Positions 1 to 10,182 of a DNA stretch of 64,000 nt are shown here, piece after piece. Source of the DNA: Actinomycetes bacterium (lineage in GTDB: Bacteria; Actinomycetota; Acidimicrobiia; Acidimicrobiales; Bog-793); NCBI GenBank assembly GCA_021838945.1, contig JAKCCH010000001.1:7974-71973 (forward strand), read 5' to 3'. A program made the translations under genes and the position numbers. Position 1 is the stretch's first letter. Each line of letters starts with the position of its first letter. The notes beneath the pieces were generated by a model. That model worked only from the letters and a program-made list of their open reading frames with translations. It made no database searches and had not been told where the DNA came from.

Positions 1-80
1 GCATGGTGCGCTCGGCGGTGGCGGAACGAGCGGTCCAGGTGCTCCACCGTGCGTTCGAGCTGGGGTCGGCTCACTCGTAG

Positions 81-1130
<1,050 letters not shown>

Positions 1131-1131
1131 C

Positions 1132-2004
1132 ATGGAGATGGAGAACGGTCGGATCCAGCTCGGGCGCTTCGGCATCTGGTGGAGCGGCTCGTGGCGGAGC
1201 GAGACGACGCCGCTCGCCGCAGTCGCCTACGAGATGGAGCGCCTCGGGTATCGCTCGTTCTGGCTGTCCGGCGGCTTCGACGCCGGCCTCCATCGTCGCT
1301 TCAGAGAGCTGATCGATGCCACCGAACGGGTGGTCGTCGCTTCGGGCATCCTGTCGGTTTGGCCGAACGAGCCCACCAGCGTGGGCGAGGAGGTCGCCGG
1401 GCTCGGAGACCGGTTCCTTCTCGGCATCGGTGCGAGCCACGCGCCGGTCGTCGAGGCGAAGGGCGGGCATTACGAGAGGCCCCTCGAGAAGGTGTCAGAG
1501 TTCCTCGACGGGCTGGACTCGGCACCCGTGCCCGTCCCGGCCGGCCGCCGGATATTGGCAGCGCTCGGCCGGAAGATGCTCCGCCTGGCAGGCGAGCGCT
1601 CGATCGGCGCCCATCCCTACTTCGTACCGGTCGAGCACACGCTGCGAGCGCGGGAGGTGCTCGGGCCGGATCCGGTGATCGCCACTGAGGTGGCCGTGGT
1701 GCTCGAGGCGGATCCCGGGGCCGCACGAGCAGCCGCTCGTTCCTACACGTCCGGCTACTTGCGGCTGCCCAATTACGCGAACAACTTGATCGACCTCGGG
1801 TGGGCCGTCGACGACCTGCAAAGCAGCGGTAGCGACCGCCTGGTGGACGCCCTCATCCCCTGGGGCACACCCGAGTCGGTTGCGGCGCGGCTGCGAGAGC
1901 ACCTCGACGCCGGCGCTGATCACGTCTGCATCCAGGTGGTACGCGACCACAGCGGCGGCTTCCCGCTCGACGAGTACCGCGAGCTGGCCTCTGCGATCCT
2001 CTGA
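1132..2004 (+). CDS. LLM-class (luciferase-like) F420-dependent oxidoreductase family protein
   Basis: An in-frame ATG at 1132, 2 nt after the asd stop, gives 290 aa (MEMENGRIQLGRFGIWW...). The sequence looks luciferase-like monooxygenase throughout. The track start at 886 overlaps asd and is rejected. Confidence 0.75.
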   Translation: MEMENGRIQLGRFGIWWSGSWRSETTPLAAVAYEMERLGYRSFWLSGGFDAGLHRRFRELIDATERVVVASGILSVWPNEPTSVGEEVAGLGDRFLLGIGASHAPVVEAKGGHYERPLEKVSEFLDGLDSAPVPVPAGRRILAALGRKMLRLAGERSIGAHPYFVPVEHTLRAREVLGPDPVIATEVAVVLEADPGAARAAARSYTSGYLRLPNYANNLIDLGWAVDDLQSSGSDRLVDALIPWGTPESVAARLREHLDAGADHVCIQVVRDHSGGFPLDEYRELASAIL

Positions 2005-2079
2005 CGTCAGTTCGAAGCCCTCTGTTCCGGGGCGCAGCCGCGCTCCGGGCCGCTGCCCTCTTCGTGGGGAGCGCTGTCA

Positions 2080-2329
2080 CCGACCCTCGGGCGGCACCTC
2101 CATGGCGAGGGCGGTCCCGGCCCCCGCTCCGGCCGGCGAGTCGGCGAGAACCGGCTCCACGACCGGTGAGCCGGGCTCGATCGGGCCGGCCGCGCTCTTC
2201 AGGTGCGAAGTTCGAGAAGAAGCTCAGCGTCCTGCGAAGCTCCTGCCTGTATCCGAAGCCCTGGAGCTCAGACTCCTCCGCCCCGGTGCCTGCCTGTCCA
2301 CTTCCCTGGACTGACACGGCTTCTGCCAT
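2080..2329 (-). pseudogene. remnant of an APC-family amino-acid permease (N-terminus only)
   Basis: The minus-strand translation MAEAVSVQGSGQAGTGAEESELQGFGYRQELRRTLSFFSNFA resembles the conserved permease N-terminus. Similarity and frame are then lost, apart from a possible TALAMEV piece in another frame. The remnant is cut off where the LLM gene ends. Confidence 0.35.
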
Positions 2330-2421
2330 CGTGACCTCCCGGTGCCCCAATGACGTTCCACGTCGACGCCGCTTTCGACGCCGGCATCGTACTCAGCCGG
2401 GAGAGGAAATTGAATGGCCGA

Positions 2422-3459
2422 TCAGCTCGATCGGCTCCGGCGGAGCAGCCTGCCAACCTCGCGTCCCTCCGGACCGTCGATGACGACGCGGGCGGCGGAG
2501 AGGGCCGCTTCTGCCACCGGCGCTCGCCGCCGGAAGTCCATCGGCTGGAGCCCCATCTCGTCGAGGACCTCCGTCGTCGGCTCGAAGACGAGAACGGGGA
2601 CTCCGAAGGCGCCGAGCTCTCGTACCTCGTGGAGCAGGGCGCGGCGCGCTGGAAGCCGAGTGGCGAGGCGAAGCCTGTCGACCGAGAGGACCGGCCCGCC
2701 GCGAAGGCGCGCAGCCGACATCGGCGAGCTCACGACGATGGCGTCGAGTCGCTCGCCCGCGAGGAGGTCGGCGTTCGTCGGGGAGTGGACCCCACCGTCG
2801 ACATACCTGCGGCCATCGATGAGCACCGGCCGGAACAGCGCCGGGATGGCGCAGGAGGCCTGCACCGCCTGCGACACCGATGCGGTCGGAGAAGGGTCCC
2901 GGCCGAACACCACGCGGCGACCGCTCGACAGGTCGAGGGCGCAGATCCACAGGTGTCGGCCCCCCGTCGCCGGCCAGCCTCCCTCGCCGAACCACGCGTC
3001 GAAGCCTCGGAACCAGTCCGCCGTGTCGCGGCGACCCTCCGGCAGGAGCGCGGTGACGGCGAGGGCCGTGGCACGAGCGCTGAGTCGGCGCGAGAGGACG
3101 CGGCCGAGCAGCTCGGGGGATGAAGGCCCGATGCGCGTGCTCGCCGGCGGCGCGGCAACTGATCGGCTGAGAGGAGTAGGCGGCGCCCCTTCGAGCAGCG
3201 CCCGCCCCGCCGGCGTGAGGGGACGGCCCGTCGCCCGGGCGTAGAGGTCGGTCGCCGACACCCCGGCACGAAGAGACGCTGCCGCCACCGAGCCGGCCGA
3301 CGTGCCGACGATGTGCTTCGCATCGCGCGGGTCGAAGCCCGTGACCTCTTCGAGCGCCGCGAGGACGCCCGAGTGGAACGCCTGGCCGACGACGCCACCT
3401 GCCCCGAGGACGAGCCCGATCCGTGTCACGGCCCGATTCTCGCGGCTCGAACGGTGCAC
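2422..3459 (-). CDS. patatin-like phospholipase
   Basis: The ORF carries GxGxxG (GAGGVVG), a GxSxG nucleophile elbow (GTSAG) and a DGG catalytic-Asp motif. The start is GTG at 3459 or GTG at 3429 (VTRIGLVLGAGG). It lies 30-60 nt downstream of the preceding co-directional gene. Confidence 0.85.
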   Translation of the reverse strand: MHRSSRENRAVTRIGLVLGAGGVVGQAFHSGVLAALEEVTGFDPRDAKHIVGTSAGSVAAASLRAGVSATDLYARATGRPLTPAGRALLEGAPPTPLSRSVAAPPASTRIGPSSPELLGRVLSRRLSARATALAVTALLPEGRRDTADWFRGFDAWFGEGGWPATGGRHLWICALDLSSGRRVVFGRDPSPTASVSQAVQASCAIPALFRPVLIDGRRYVDGGVHSPTNADLLAGERLDAIVVSSPMSAARLRGGPVLSVDRLRLATRLPARRALLHEVRELGAFGVPVLVFEPTTEVLDEMGLQPMDFRRRAPVAEAALSAARVVIDGPEGREVGRLLRRSRSS

Positions 3460-3489
3460 CCGTGAACGCCGGCGCCGCTCATCAGGCGC

Positions 3490-4500
3490 TCAGAGCGGGT
3501 GGTAGCCGGGTACGGCCTCGTGCGGCGTGTCGAGGTACACCTTCGCCTCCGGCGGCCCTGAGAAACGACCGTGGCTCCACCGGATCTCCACGTGCCCGCT
3601 CACGATCCGCTCCTCGCCCGAGGCACGGACCTCGTAGGCGGCTGCCCAACCGACACGGGGTTGCCCGCCGGCCTGCGCTTCGACTCCGAAGTCGAGCAGC
3701 CGGTACTGCTGTCGCCAGTCCCACGGCGTCCCGATCCGCAGCCGCATTGAGCCCCGGCTGCTCGCGCCGAGGATGAAATAGGGTGCCGACCCGATCCGCA
3801 GGAGGCGCCGGAGCATCGCCTCGGCGTTGTCCGCGCTGAGGCGCGACTGCCATGCCTTGGCCGTCTCGGCGGACACGACGGCGCACATCTCCTTGTAGAA
3901 GGGTTCGGCTGCGGCCGGCCAACCGGGCTGGAGGAATTGCTCGAGGCGGCGCCTCTCGTCGCCCGCCAGCGTCATGGCGAACATGGGGAGACCGACGCCG
4001 GCATCGTCCGCACCCGCCTCGACGCAGGCTGAATAGAGCGCTTGATACTCGCCGGGCGCGACTCGAACGAACCAGTCCCTCGTGTCGGCGACCCCCGTCG
4101 TCGAGAGCAGGCCGTCCACGAGCCGGGCGGGACTCACGTTGTGGAGGATCTTCGACAGGTACTTGCAGCTGACGAGGTACACGTGGTCGATCCTCAGGTC
4201 GGCGGGGATCACCTCGTCGCCGGGAGGGCGCCGGCCACCCGTCCACTCGACGAGCCGCGGCACGCGGCCTGACAGCGCCTCCGGTGCCTCGAGGAAGGCC
4301 CTTCCGTTGCCGAAGCCTGCTCGGAAGTCGTCCTCGAACTGCCCGCCCGTGAACAGGTCACGCAGCTTCGACCATTGCGGCGGGGCGAGGTTTTGGAAGG
4401 ACGGCGGGGGCTCGAGCGACCAGAGCACGATCTCGAGGTCGCCTCCCGTCGTGCCGAGCGCGGTGGCGAGCTCGGTGACGAACGTGCGATCGGAGGGCAA
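3490..4500 (-). CDS. hypothetical protein; candidate type II restriction endonuclease partner of the adjacent methyltransferase
   Basis: The proposed start is TTG at 4500, 8 nt after the MTase stop, giving about 336 aa. The segment IPADLRIDHVYLVSCKY has a PD...S-x-K pattern like the SxK variant known in Cfr10I/NgoMIV-type enzymes. The track start at 4806 overlaps the MTase and its N-terminus is Arg/Gly-rich junk. Confidence 0.5.
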   Translation of the reverse strand: MPSDRTFVTELATALGTTGGDLEIVLWSLEPPPSFQNLAPPQWSKLRDLFTGGQFEDDFRAGFGNGRAFLEAPEALSGRVPRLVEWTGGRRPPGDEVIPADLRIDHVYLVSCKYLSKILHNVSPARLVDGLLSTTGVADTRDWFVRVAPGEYQALYSACVEAGADDAGVGLPMFAMTLAGDERRRLEQFLQPGWPAAAEPFYKEMCAVVSAETAKAWQSRLSADNAEAMLRRLLRIGSAPYFILGASSRGSMRLRIGTPWDWRQQYRLLDFGVEAQAGGQPRVGWAAAYEVRASGEERIVSGHVEIRWSHGRFSGPPEAKVYLDTPHEAVPGYHPL

Positions 4501-4508
4501 GGCTGGGC

Positions 4509-6011
4509 TCAGGCAGGAGCCGCAGCGCTGCGCCCGCCCGAAGCGTAGGAGCGCAATCTCGCCCGCTGAGCCGGGTCGAGCAGCTCGACGACGTCGAAGA
4601 CGGGACGGCCCACTCCGAGGACGGCCGACAGCGCCCGATGACCGGTGGTGCCGCGGACCGGAGCGTCCGTCGTCAACAGCACGAGCGGGAGCTCCGGTCG
4701 CACCGAATGGAGGACGGCGGCTTTCCCGATCGCCTTCCACAGAGCGTCCGCCCTCCGCAATCCTCCTCGAGTCGCCGTGAACGCACCGGACACGTCGAAG
4801 GCCCATGTGGCACCGGTCACGTCCCGTCCGGTGAACGAGAGCTCGAGGCCTGTCCCCGGAAGCCGCACCTCGGAGCGGACCTCACGGAAGCCCACCTCTT
4901 CGAGGAGCGCCCTGGCTGCCTCCGTGGCCAGCACTCCGTCCTGCACGGCTTTCCCGAACAGCCCCCCTCCGGACTGCGCCTCAGCCGCCGGCATGCGCCC
5001 CAGCCGCGTCGCTTCTCGCTTCAGGCGGTCGCGGGCGAGCTCGCAGTAGGCGCCGTCGGAGTCGTAGCCGATGTAATGACGGCCGGTACGCAGGGCCGCC
5101 ACCCCGGTCGTGCCCGAGCCGACGAAGGGGTCGAGCACGACGTCGCCCTCGTAGGTGAACAGGCCTATGAGGCGCTGCGGCAGCTCGACCGGGAAGGGCG
5201 CCGGATGGTTCACCCGCCGAGCGCTCTCCGGCGGGATCTCCCACAGGTCGGTGGTCGCCTCGAGGAACTCGTCGCGGGAGATCGTCGGTGTACAAGGAAG
5301 GCCACGGGAGAGCCGTTCGCTTGGCGTGAGCGCGCGCTCGAATCGACCCTTGCTCGCGATGACGACCCGCTCCGTGACGTCGCGCAGCACCGGGTTGCCC
5401 GGCCGCTGGAACGTTCCCCACGCACAGGAGCCACCGGCCGCCCGTCCCTTCCACCAGACGACCTCGCCGCGCATCAAGAGCCCGAGGTCCTGGAGGATCG
5501 TGGTCACGTCACCGGCGAGAGACCGGTACGGGCGCCGCCCGAGGTTCGCGACGTTGACTGCGATCCGGCCCCCGGGCTCGAGCACGCGCTTGCATTCCGC
5601 GAACACCGCGGCGAGCAACGAGAGGTACTCGAAGTAGCTGCCGGGGACGCCGTTGTGCCCGAGGGTCTCCTCGTACTCCTTGCCGGCGAAGTAGGGGGGC
5701 GAGGTCACGACCAGTGCCACCGACTTGGACGCGACGCGCTGCATGTCCCGGGAATCGCCCCGGTAGATGACGTCGAGGCGATCGGAGGCACCGATGTCCG
5801 TGTCGGCAGACACTTCCGGGTGGACGAACCGGTCGTAGAACGCGGTGGCGTCGTGGCTCTCCCGCCGCGACGACCCGAAGCGGGCGGTGGCGGTCGCACG
5901 ACGAACTCGCGGCCGCCGGCTCTCGGCCTGCGCCTCGAGCGACACGACAGGCTCTGCGGCGGCATCGACGGCACCGAGCGCGCCGAGCTCGCGAGGAGCA
6001 TGCGGAGTCAT
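4509..6011 (-). CDS. beta-class amino DNA methyltransferase (N4-cytosine or N6-adenine) with C-terminal extension
   Basis: Motif IV (VVTSPPYF) precedes motif I (LDPFVGSGTTGVAA), which is the beta permutation. I prefer the ATG at 6011 (MTPHAP...), giving 500 aa. About 165 aa after the MTase core have no assignable family. Confidence 0.85.
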   Translation of the reverse strand: MTPHAPRELGALGAVDAAAEPVVSLEAQAESRRPRVRRATATARFGSSRRESHDATAFYDRFVHPEVSADTDIGASDRLDVIYRGDSRDMQRVASKSVALVVTSPPYFAGKEYEETLGHNGVPGSYFEYLSLLAAVFAECKRVLEPGGRIAVNVANLGRRPYRSLAGDVTTILQDLGLLMRGEVVWWKGRAAGGSCAWGTFQRPGNPVLRDVTERVVIASKGRFERALTPSERLSRGLPCTPTISRDEFLEATTDLWEIPPESARRVNHPAPFPVELPQRLIGLFTYEGDVVLDPFVGSGTTGVAALRTGRHYIGYDSDGAYCELARDRLKREATRLGRMPAAEAQSGGGLFGKAVQDGVLATEAARALLEEVGFREVRSEVRLPGTGLELSFTGRDVTGATWAFDVSGAFTATRGGLRRADALWKAIGKAAVLHSVRPELPLVLLTTDAPVRGTTGHRALSAVLGVGRPVFDVVELLDPAQRARLRSYASGGRSAAAPA

Positions 6012-6243
6012 GTGACGACGATACCGAGGGGGTGTCACAGCCGCGGGGATGGTCGCGTAGCCACGGGACGCGTCAACAAAAGTGACGCCGAACAGCACTT
6101 TCAGCAGAAAAGTCAGGATCCTTCGGAAAAATTACGCCCTACGCCTAGGCAGGGGGTCCCGGAAGGGTTATCTTACGAAACGGCGTAGCCCAGATGACGG
6201 TTACGTGACAATCCCCATTCACGACCCGGAGAGGGGGCCGCAC

Positions 6244-8160
6244 ATGCGGGCACTGAGTAAGGGCGCACGCGCCGCCGTCGTAGTGGCAGGAGGCGCACTC
6301 ATCCTCGCCGCCTGTGGCTCGAGCGCTGGCTCGGGCAAGAGTGGAGGAGGTGGCCCCAGCAACGGTGGCGTCACCACGGTGGCCGGTGCCTACGGCCAGT
6401 TGCCGCCACAGAAGGGCACGCCGAAGATGGGCGGCACCGTCTCGATCGCCGAGTCGCCCGGCGCCGGCCCGAACTGGATCTTCCCGGTGACCCCGGCCGC
6501 CAACTCCTCGGTTTACACCGCCTACCAGTTCCAGAACTACATGTGGCGCCCGATGTGGTGGGGCCCGAAGGGCGACCAGCCCGCGATCGACCTCTCGCAG
6601 AGCATCGCGAAGGCGCCGGTGTTCACGAACAACAACAAGACCGTCACGATCACGCTGAACCCGAACTGGAAGTGGTCCGACGGCAAGCCGGTCACCTCGG
6701 CTGATGCGGCCTTCGACATCTGGTTGACGAAGGCCGCTGTGAAGATCAGCCCGGCGAACTACGGGAACTACACCCCCGGCCTCTACCCGGACTTCATCAC
6801 GAAGATCTCCACTCCGAGCCCGACGAAGCTCATCTTGACGCTCAACAAGACGTACAACCAGAACTTCGACTTCCTGAACCAGCTCGGTCTCATCGTCCCG
6901 CTCCCGTCGCACGCCTGGGCGAAGACGAGCGCGAACGGTGCGGTCATGTCGCAGGCGAAGTGGAGCCAGCTGAGCAACGCCGAGGCGATCTACAAGTTCC
7001 TCGCCGCCCAGTCGAAGGACCTCTCGACGTACGGGTCCAACCCGCTGTGGCAGACCGTGGACGGTCCCTACAAGATCAAGTCGTTCGACCCGTCGAATGA
7101 CGGCAACACGCTCGTGGCGAACGAGAACTACTCCGGGCCGGTGAAGCCGCACATCACGACCCTCCAGGAAGTCCCGTTCACGTCGACCGAAGCGGAGTTC
7201 AACCAGCTCCGGTCCGGCAACCTCGACGTCGGCTTCGTCGACTTCACGGACCTGAAGCAGGTCCCGACGCTGAAGGCCGACGGGTACAACGTGTGGGGCT
7301 ACCCGGACTTCGGGTGGTCGTACGTCGACTACAACTTCAAGGACCAGACGGGGCACTTCGCTCAGATCATCGGCCAGCTCTACATCCGCCAGGCGCTCGC
7401 TCACCTGCAGGACGAGCAGGCCGTCATCCAGTCGCCCGGTGCCTTCGACGGCGCCGCCGGCCAGGCCTACGGTCCCGTCCCGGCGATCCCGAAGAGCCCG
7501 TTCGCACCGAGCAACGCTCTCACCAACCCGTATCCGTTCAGCATCTCGTCCGCGAAGTCCCTGCTCCAGTCGCACGGCTGGAAGGTCGTGCCGAACGGCA
7601 CGACGACGTGCCAGAAGGCAGGTAGCGGCTCGAACGAGTGCGGCGCCGGCATCCCGGCGGGAACGCCGCTGTCGTGGAACCTCTTCTACTCGAACCAGCC
7701 GGCCGTGATCCAGGCGCAGGACCAGGCGTGGGCATCCAACGCCAAGCAGGTCGGGATCACCATGAGCCTCGTGTCGAAGACGTTCAACTACATCATCTCG
7801 AACTACTCCGACCCGTCGAGCCCGAAGAACGACAACCAGTGGGCGATGGAGGACTTCGGTGGCTTCACCAACAGCCTCTACCCGACCACGAACGAGGTCT
7901 TCAACTCGACTGGCTCCTTCGACGAGGGCGGCTTCAGCAACCCGCAGGTCGACAAGGCCATCACGGCATCGGTCAGCTCGCTCAGCAACTCGGCCGTGCA
8001 GCACGAGGCAGGGCTGATCACCTCGCTGCAGCCTGGCTTGTTCCAGCCGAACGCCGACCTGATCTTCGCCTGGAAGAAGTCGCTCTCCGGGCCCGCGGCC
8101 TCCTTCGAGGACGCCTCGCAGTACCAGTACAGCCCCGAGTACTGGTACTACACGAAGTAA
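6244..8160 (+). CDS. ABC transporter substrate-binding lipoprotein, family 5 (peptide/nickel, DppA/OppA-like)
   Basis: ATG at 6244 gives MRALSKGARAAVVVAGGALILAACGSS, a signal peptide plus lipobox. The 638-aa size and operon context with DppBCDF-like genes fit this family. Confidence 0.85.
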   Translation: MRALSKGARAAVVVAGGALILAACGSSAGSGKSGGGGPSNGGVTTVAGAYGQLPPQKGTPKMGGTVSIAESPGAGPNWIFPVTPAANSSVYTAYQFQNYMWRPMWWGPKGDQPAIDLSQSIAKAPVFTNNNKTVTITLNPNWKWSDGKPVTSADAAFDIWLTKAAVKISPANYGNYTPGLYPDFITKISTPSPTKLILTLNKTYNQNFDFLNQLGLIVPLPSHAWAKTSANGAVMSQAKWSQLSNAEAIYKFLAAQSKDLSTYGSNPLWQTVDGPYKIKSFDPSNDGNTLVANENYSGPVKPHITTLQEVPFTSTEAEFNQLRSGNLDVGFVDFTDLKQVPTLKADGYNVWGYPDFGWSYVDYNFKDQTGHFAQIIGQLYIRQALAHLQDEQAVIQSPGAFDGAAGQAYGPVPAIPKSPFAPSNALTNPYPFSISSAKSLLQSHGWKVVPNGTTTCQKAGSGSNECGAGIPAGTPLSWNLFYSNQPAVIQAQDQAWASNAKQVGITMSLVSKTFNYIISNYSDPSSPKNDNQWAMEDFGGFTNSLYPTTNEVFNSTGSFDEGGFSNPQVDKAITASVSSLSNSAVQHEAGLITSLQPGLFQPNADLIFAWKKSLSGPAASFEDASQYQYSPEYWYYTK

Positions 8161-8176
8161 GGGCTAAGCCCTGACA

Positions 8177-8235
8177 CAGCAGGAGGGATGCGAAGCCCGG
8201 CGGTCACCACCCCGGGCCTAGCATCCCTCCTGCTG
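8177..8235 (+). other. intercistronic stem-loop between the SBP and permease genes
   Basis: A perfect 15-bp inverted repeat pairs cagcaggagggatgc (8177-8191) with gcatccctcctgctg (8221-8235). It encloses a second 6-bp stem (gcccgg 8195-8200 with ccgggc 8212-8217). There is no U-tract. Confidence 0.6.
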
Positions 8236-8263
8236 GGTTCGTCCCCCACGGAGCCTTGACGAG

Positions 8264-9211
8264 ATGACCGCATATCTCATCCGACGGTTCGTCACCTCGC
8301 TCATCGTCATCCTCGGCATCGCGTTCATCACCTTCCTCGCCGTCCACATCATCGCCCCCTCCCCGGGGCGAGCCGTGCTCGGCGATCGCGCGAGCCAGGC
8401 TGCCGTCAACGCGTTCAACAAGCAGGCGGGTTACGACCAGCCCGTCTGGGTCCAGTTCCTCAAGTACATGTGGGCGCTCTTGCACGGGAACCTCGGTTTC
8501 TCCTACAAGAGCAACCAGACCGTCGACTCGCTCATCATCGAGAACGCTCCGCACAGCATGTGGCTGTCGGGCATCTCGCTCCTGCTGAGCATCCTCATCG
8601 CCATCCCGCTCGGGATCTTCCAGGCCGTGAAGCGGAACTCGGTCGCCGACCAGTCGATCACCGCCTTTGCCTTCACCTGCTACTCGATGCCGCAGAACTT
8701 TCTCGGCCTCCTGCTCATCGGGTTCCTCGCGATCTCGTTCCACCTGTTCCCGTCCGAGGCGAGCCAGAGCGAGAAGATCATCCCGTACATCACCGCCGTC
8801 CGGGCCAACTTCCTTCCGATCCTCACGCTCACCCTCACGGCCGTCGCCGCCTACTCGAGGTACATGCGCTCGTCCGGCCTCGATGCGCTCGCGCAGGACT
8901 ACATCCGGCTCGCTCGGGCAAAAGGCCTGTCGGAGGCCCGCGTCCTGCGGCGCCACCTCTTCAGGAACGCCAGCCTTCCCATGATCACCCTCATCGGCCT
9001 CTCGATCCCAGCCCTCCTCGGCGGCAACCTGGTCGTCGAGAACCTGTTCAACTCGCACGGGCTCGGGTTGCTCTTCATCAACGAGCTCGGGAACGAGGAC
9101 TTCAACACCGTCATCGCGCTCACCCTGCTCGGCGGCGTCGCGACGGTCGTCGGGAACCTGATCGCGGACGTCGCGTTGACGGTCGCCGACCCACGGATCA
9201 GGATCTCGTGA
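8264..9211 (+). CDS. ABC transporter permease (DppB/OppB-like)
   Basis: 315-aa polytopic membrane protein in the operon, with a binding-protein-dependent transport inner-membrane signature region (YIRLARAKGLSEARVLRRH). Confidence 0.85.
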   Translation: MTAYLIRRFVTSLIVILGIAFITFLAVHIIAPSPGRAVLGDRASQAAVNAFNKQAGYDQPVWVQFLKYMWALLHGNLGFSYKSNQTVDSLIIENAPHSMWLSGISLLLSILIAIPLGIFQAVKRNSVADQSITAFAFTCYSMPQNFLGLLLIGFLAISFHLFPSEASQSEKIIPYITAVRANFLPILTLTLTAVAAYSRYMRSSGLDALAQDYIRLARAKGLSEARVLRRHLFRNASLPMITLIGLSIPALLGGNLVVENLFNSHGLGLLFINELGNEDFNTVIALTLLGGVATVVGNLIADVALTVADPRIRIS

Positions 9212-9221
9212 GGAGGTCGCC

Positions 9222-10151
9222 GTGTCGATCGTGATCGGCGAGGTCGCCGAAGAGCTACGCCCAGCCGAGCCGATCCCCGAGGGGGGTCACGTCCAGGGTC
9301 CGCGTGCCGGGTGGCGGCTCGCCCTCTCCTCCTTCGTCGAGAACAAGCTCGCCGTCGTCGGATCCGGGATCGTCATCTTCTTCGTGCTGTTCTGCTTCGT
9401 CGGACCCTTCATCTACCGGACCAACCAGGTCGACACGAACCTCCTCAACTCCTTCCAGGCGCCGAGCAGCCAACACTGGCTGGGAACGGACAGCTACGGG
9501 TTCGACGAGCTCGGGCGGATCATGAAGGGTGGCCAGGCGGCACTCGAGATCGGCTTCCTGTCGTCCGCCATCGCAACCGTGCTCGGCACGCTCGTCGGCG
9601 CGGTGGCGGGGCTGGTCGGAGGGGTCATCGACGGGATCCTGATGCGGTTCGTCGACATCCTGCTCTCGCTGCCCCTGCTGTTCGTCATCCTCATCATCAG
9701 CAACCGCTACAACGGCGCCACAGTGCTCAGCCTGTCGATCATCATCGGCGCCTTCTCCTGGCTCGTATCGGCACGGCTCGTACGTGGTGAGGTCCTCTCC
9801 TTACGTGTACGCGACTTCGTGCTCGCGTCTCGGACCATGGGGGCGAACAAGCGGCATCTCATCTACAAGCACCTGATCCCGAACGCGCTCGGCGTCGTGA
9901 TCGTGAACATCACGTTCCAGGTCGCCGACGCCATCAACCTGCTCGCACTGCTCGGGTTCCTCGGATACGGCCTCAACTACCCGAACGTGAGCTGGGGCGA
10001 CATGCTGTCGAACGCCCTCAACTACCTGTCCGACGGATACTGGTGGGTGGTGTATCCGGTCGGGATCTGCCTGGTGCTCGTCGTCATGGCGTTCAACTTC
10101 ATCGGCGACGCCCTTCGCGACACCGTCGACGTCCGCCTCCGGCGGCGTTGA
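9222..10151 (+). CDS. ABC transporter permease (DppC/OppC-like)
   Basis: GTG at 9222 gives 309 aa. It has an OppC-type N-terminal region, multiple TM segments and the segment VLASRTMGANKRHLIYKHLIPN. Confidence 0.85.
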   Translation: MSIVIGEVAEELRPAEPIPEGGHVQGPRAGWRLALSSFVENKLAVVGSGIVIFFVLFCFVGPFIYRTNQVDTNLLNSFQAPSSQHWLGTDSYGFDELGRIMKGGQAALEIGFLSSAIATVLGTLVGAVAGLVGGVIDGILMRFVDILLSLPLLFVILIISNRYNGATVLSLSIIIGAFSWLVSARLVRGEVLSLRVRDFVLASRTMGANKRHLIYKHLIPNALGVVIVNITFQVADAINLLALLGFLGYGLNYPNVSWGDMLSNALNYLSDGYWWVVYPVGICLVLVVMAFNFIGDALRDTVDVRLRRR

Positions 10152-10182
10152 GGCACCGGATCGACGCGAGGGAGCTCTGACG

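Noticed and set aside
1-74. A possible 5' end of a divergent minus-strand gene (VSRPQLERTVEHLDRSF...) at the window edge.
   Set aside because: Only about 25 codons are visible, which is not enough to call a gene or a family.
4501-4806. Upstream 100 codons of the 438-aa ORF for the candidate endonuclease.
   Set aside because: This part overlaps the 3' end of the methyltransferase gene and translates to Arg/Gly-rich sequence. TTG at 4500 gives a non-overlapping start.
6011-6243. A lower-GC divergent intergenic region with a 7-bp stem (ctacgcc and ggcgtag) and three TTACG copies, considered as a riboswitch or operator.
   Set aside because: The stem is short and the repeats are weak. I could not match it to any known RNA class or define promoters with confidence.
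6145-8004. 619-aa minus-strand ORF antisense to the peptide-binding protein gene. Similar long antisense or out-of-frame ORFs occur at 25604-27130, 31132-32646, 32883-34574, 43695-45320, 45395-46942, 47466-49205, 48940-50763, 40274-41947 and 42373-43704.
   Set aside because: Their translations are Arg/Gly/Pro/Asp-rich with no motifs. They fully overlap ORFs that carry clear family signatures. Long stop-free antisense frames are expected in GC-rich DNA.
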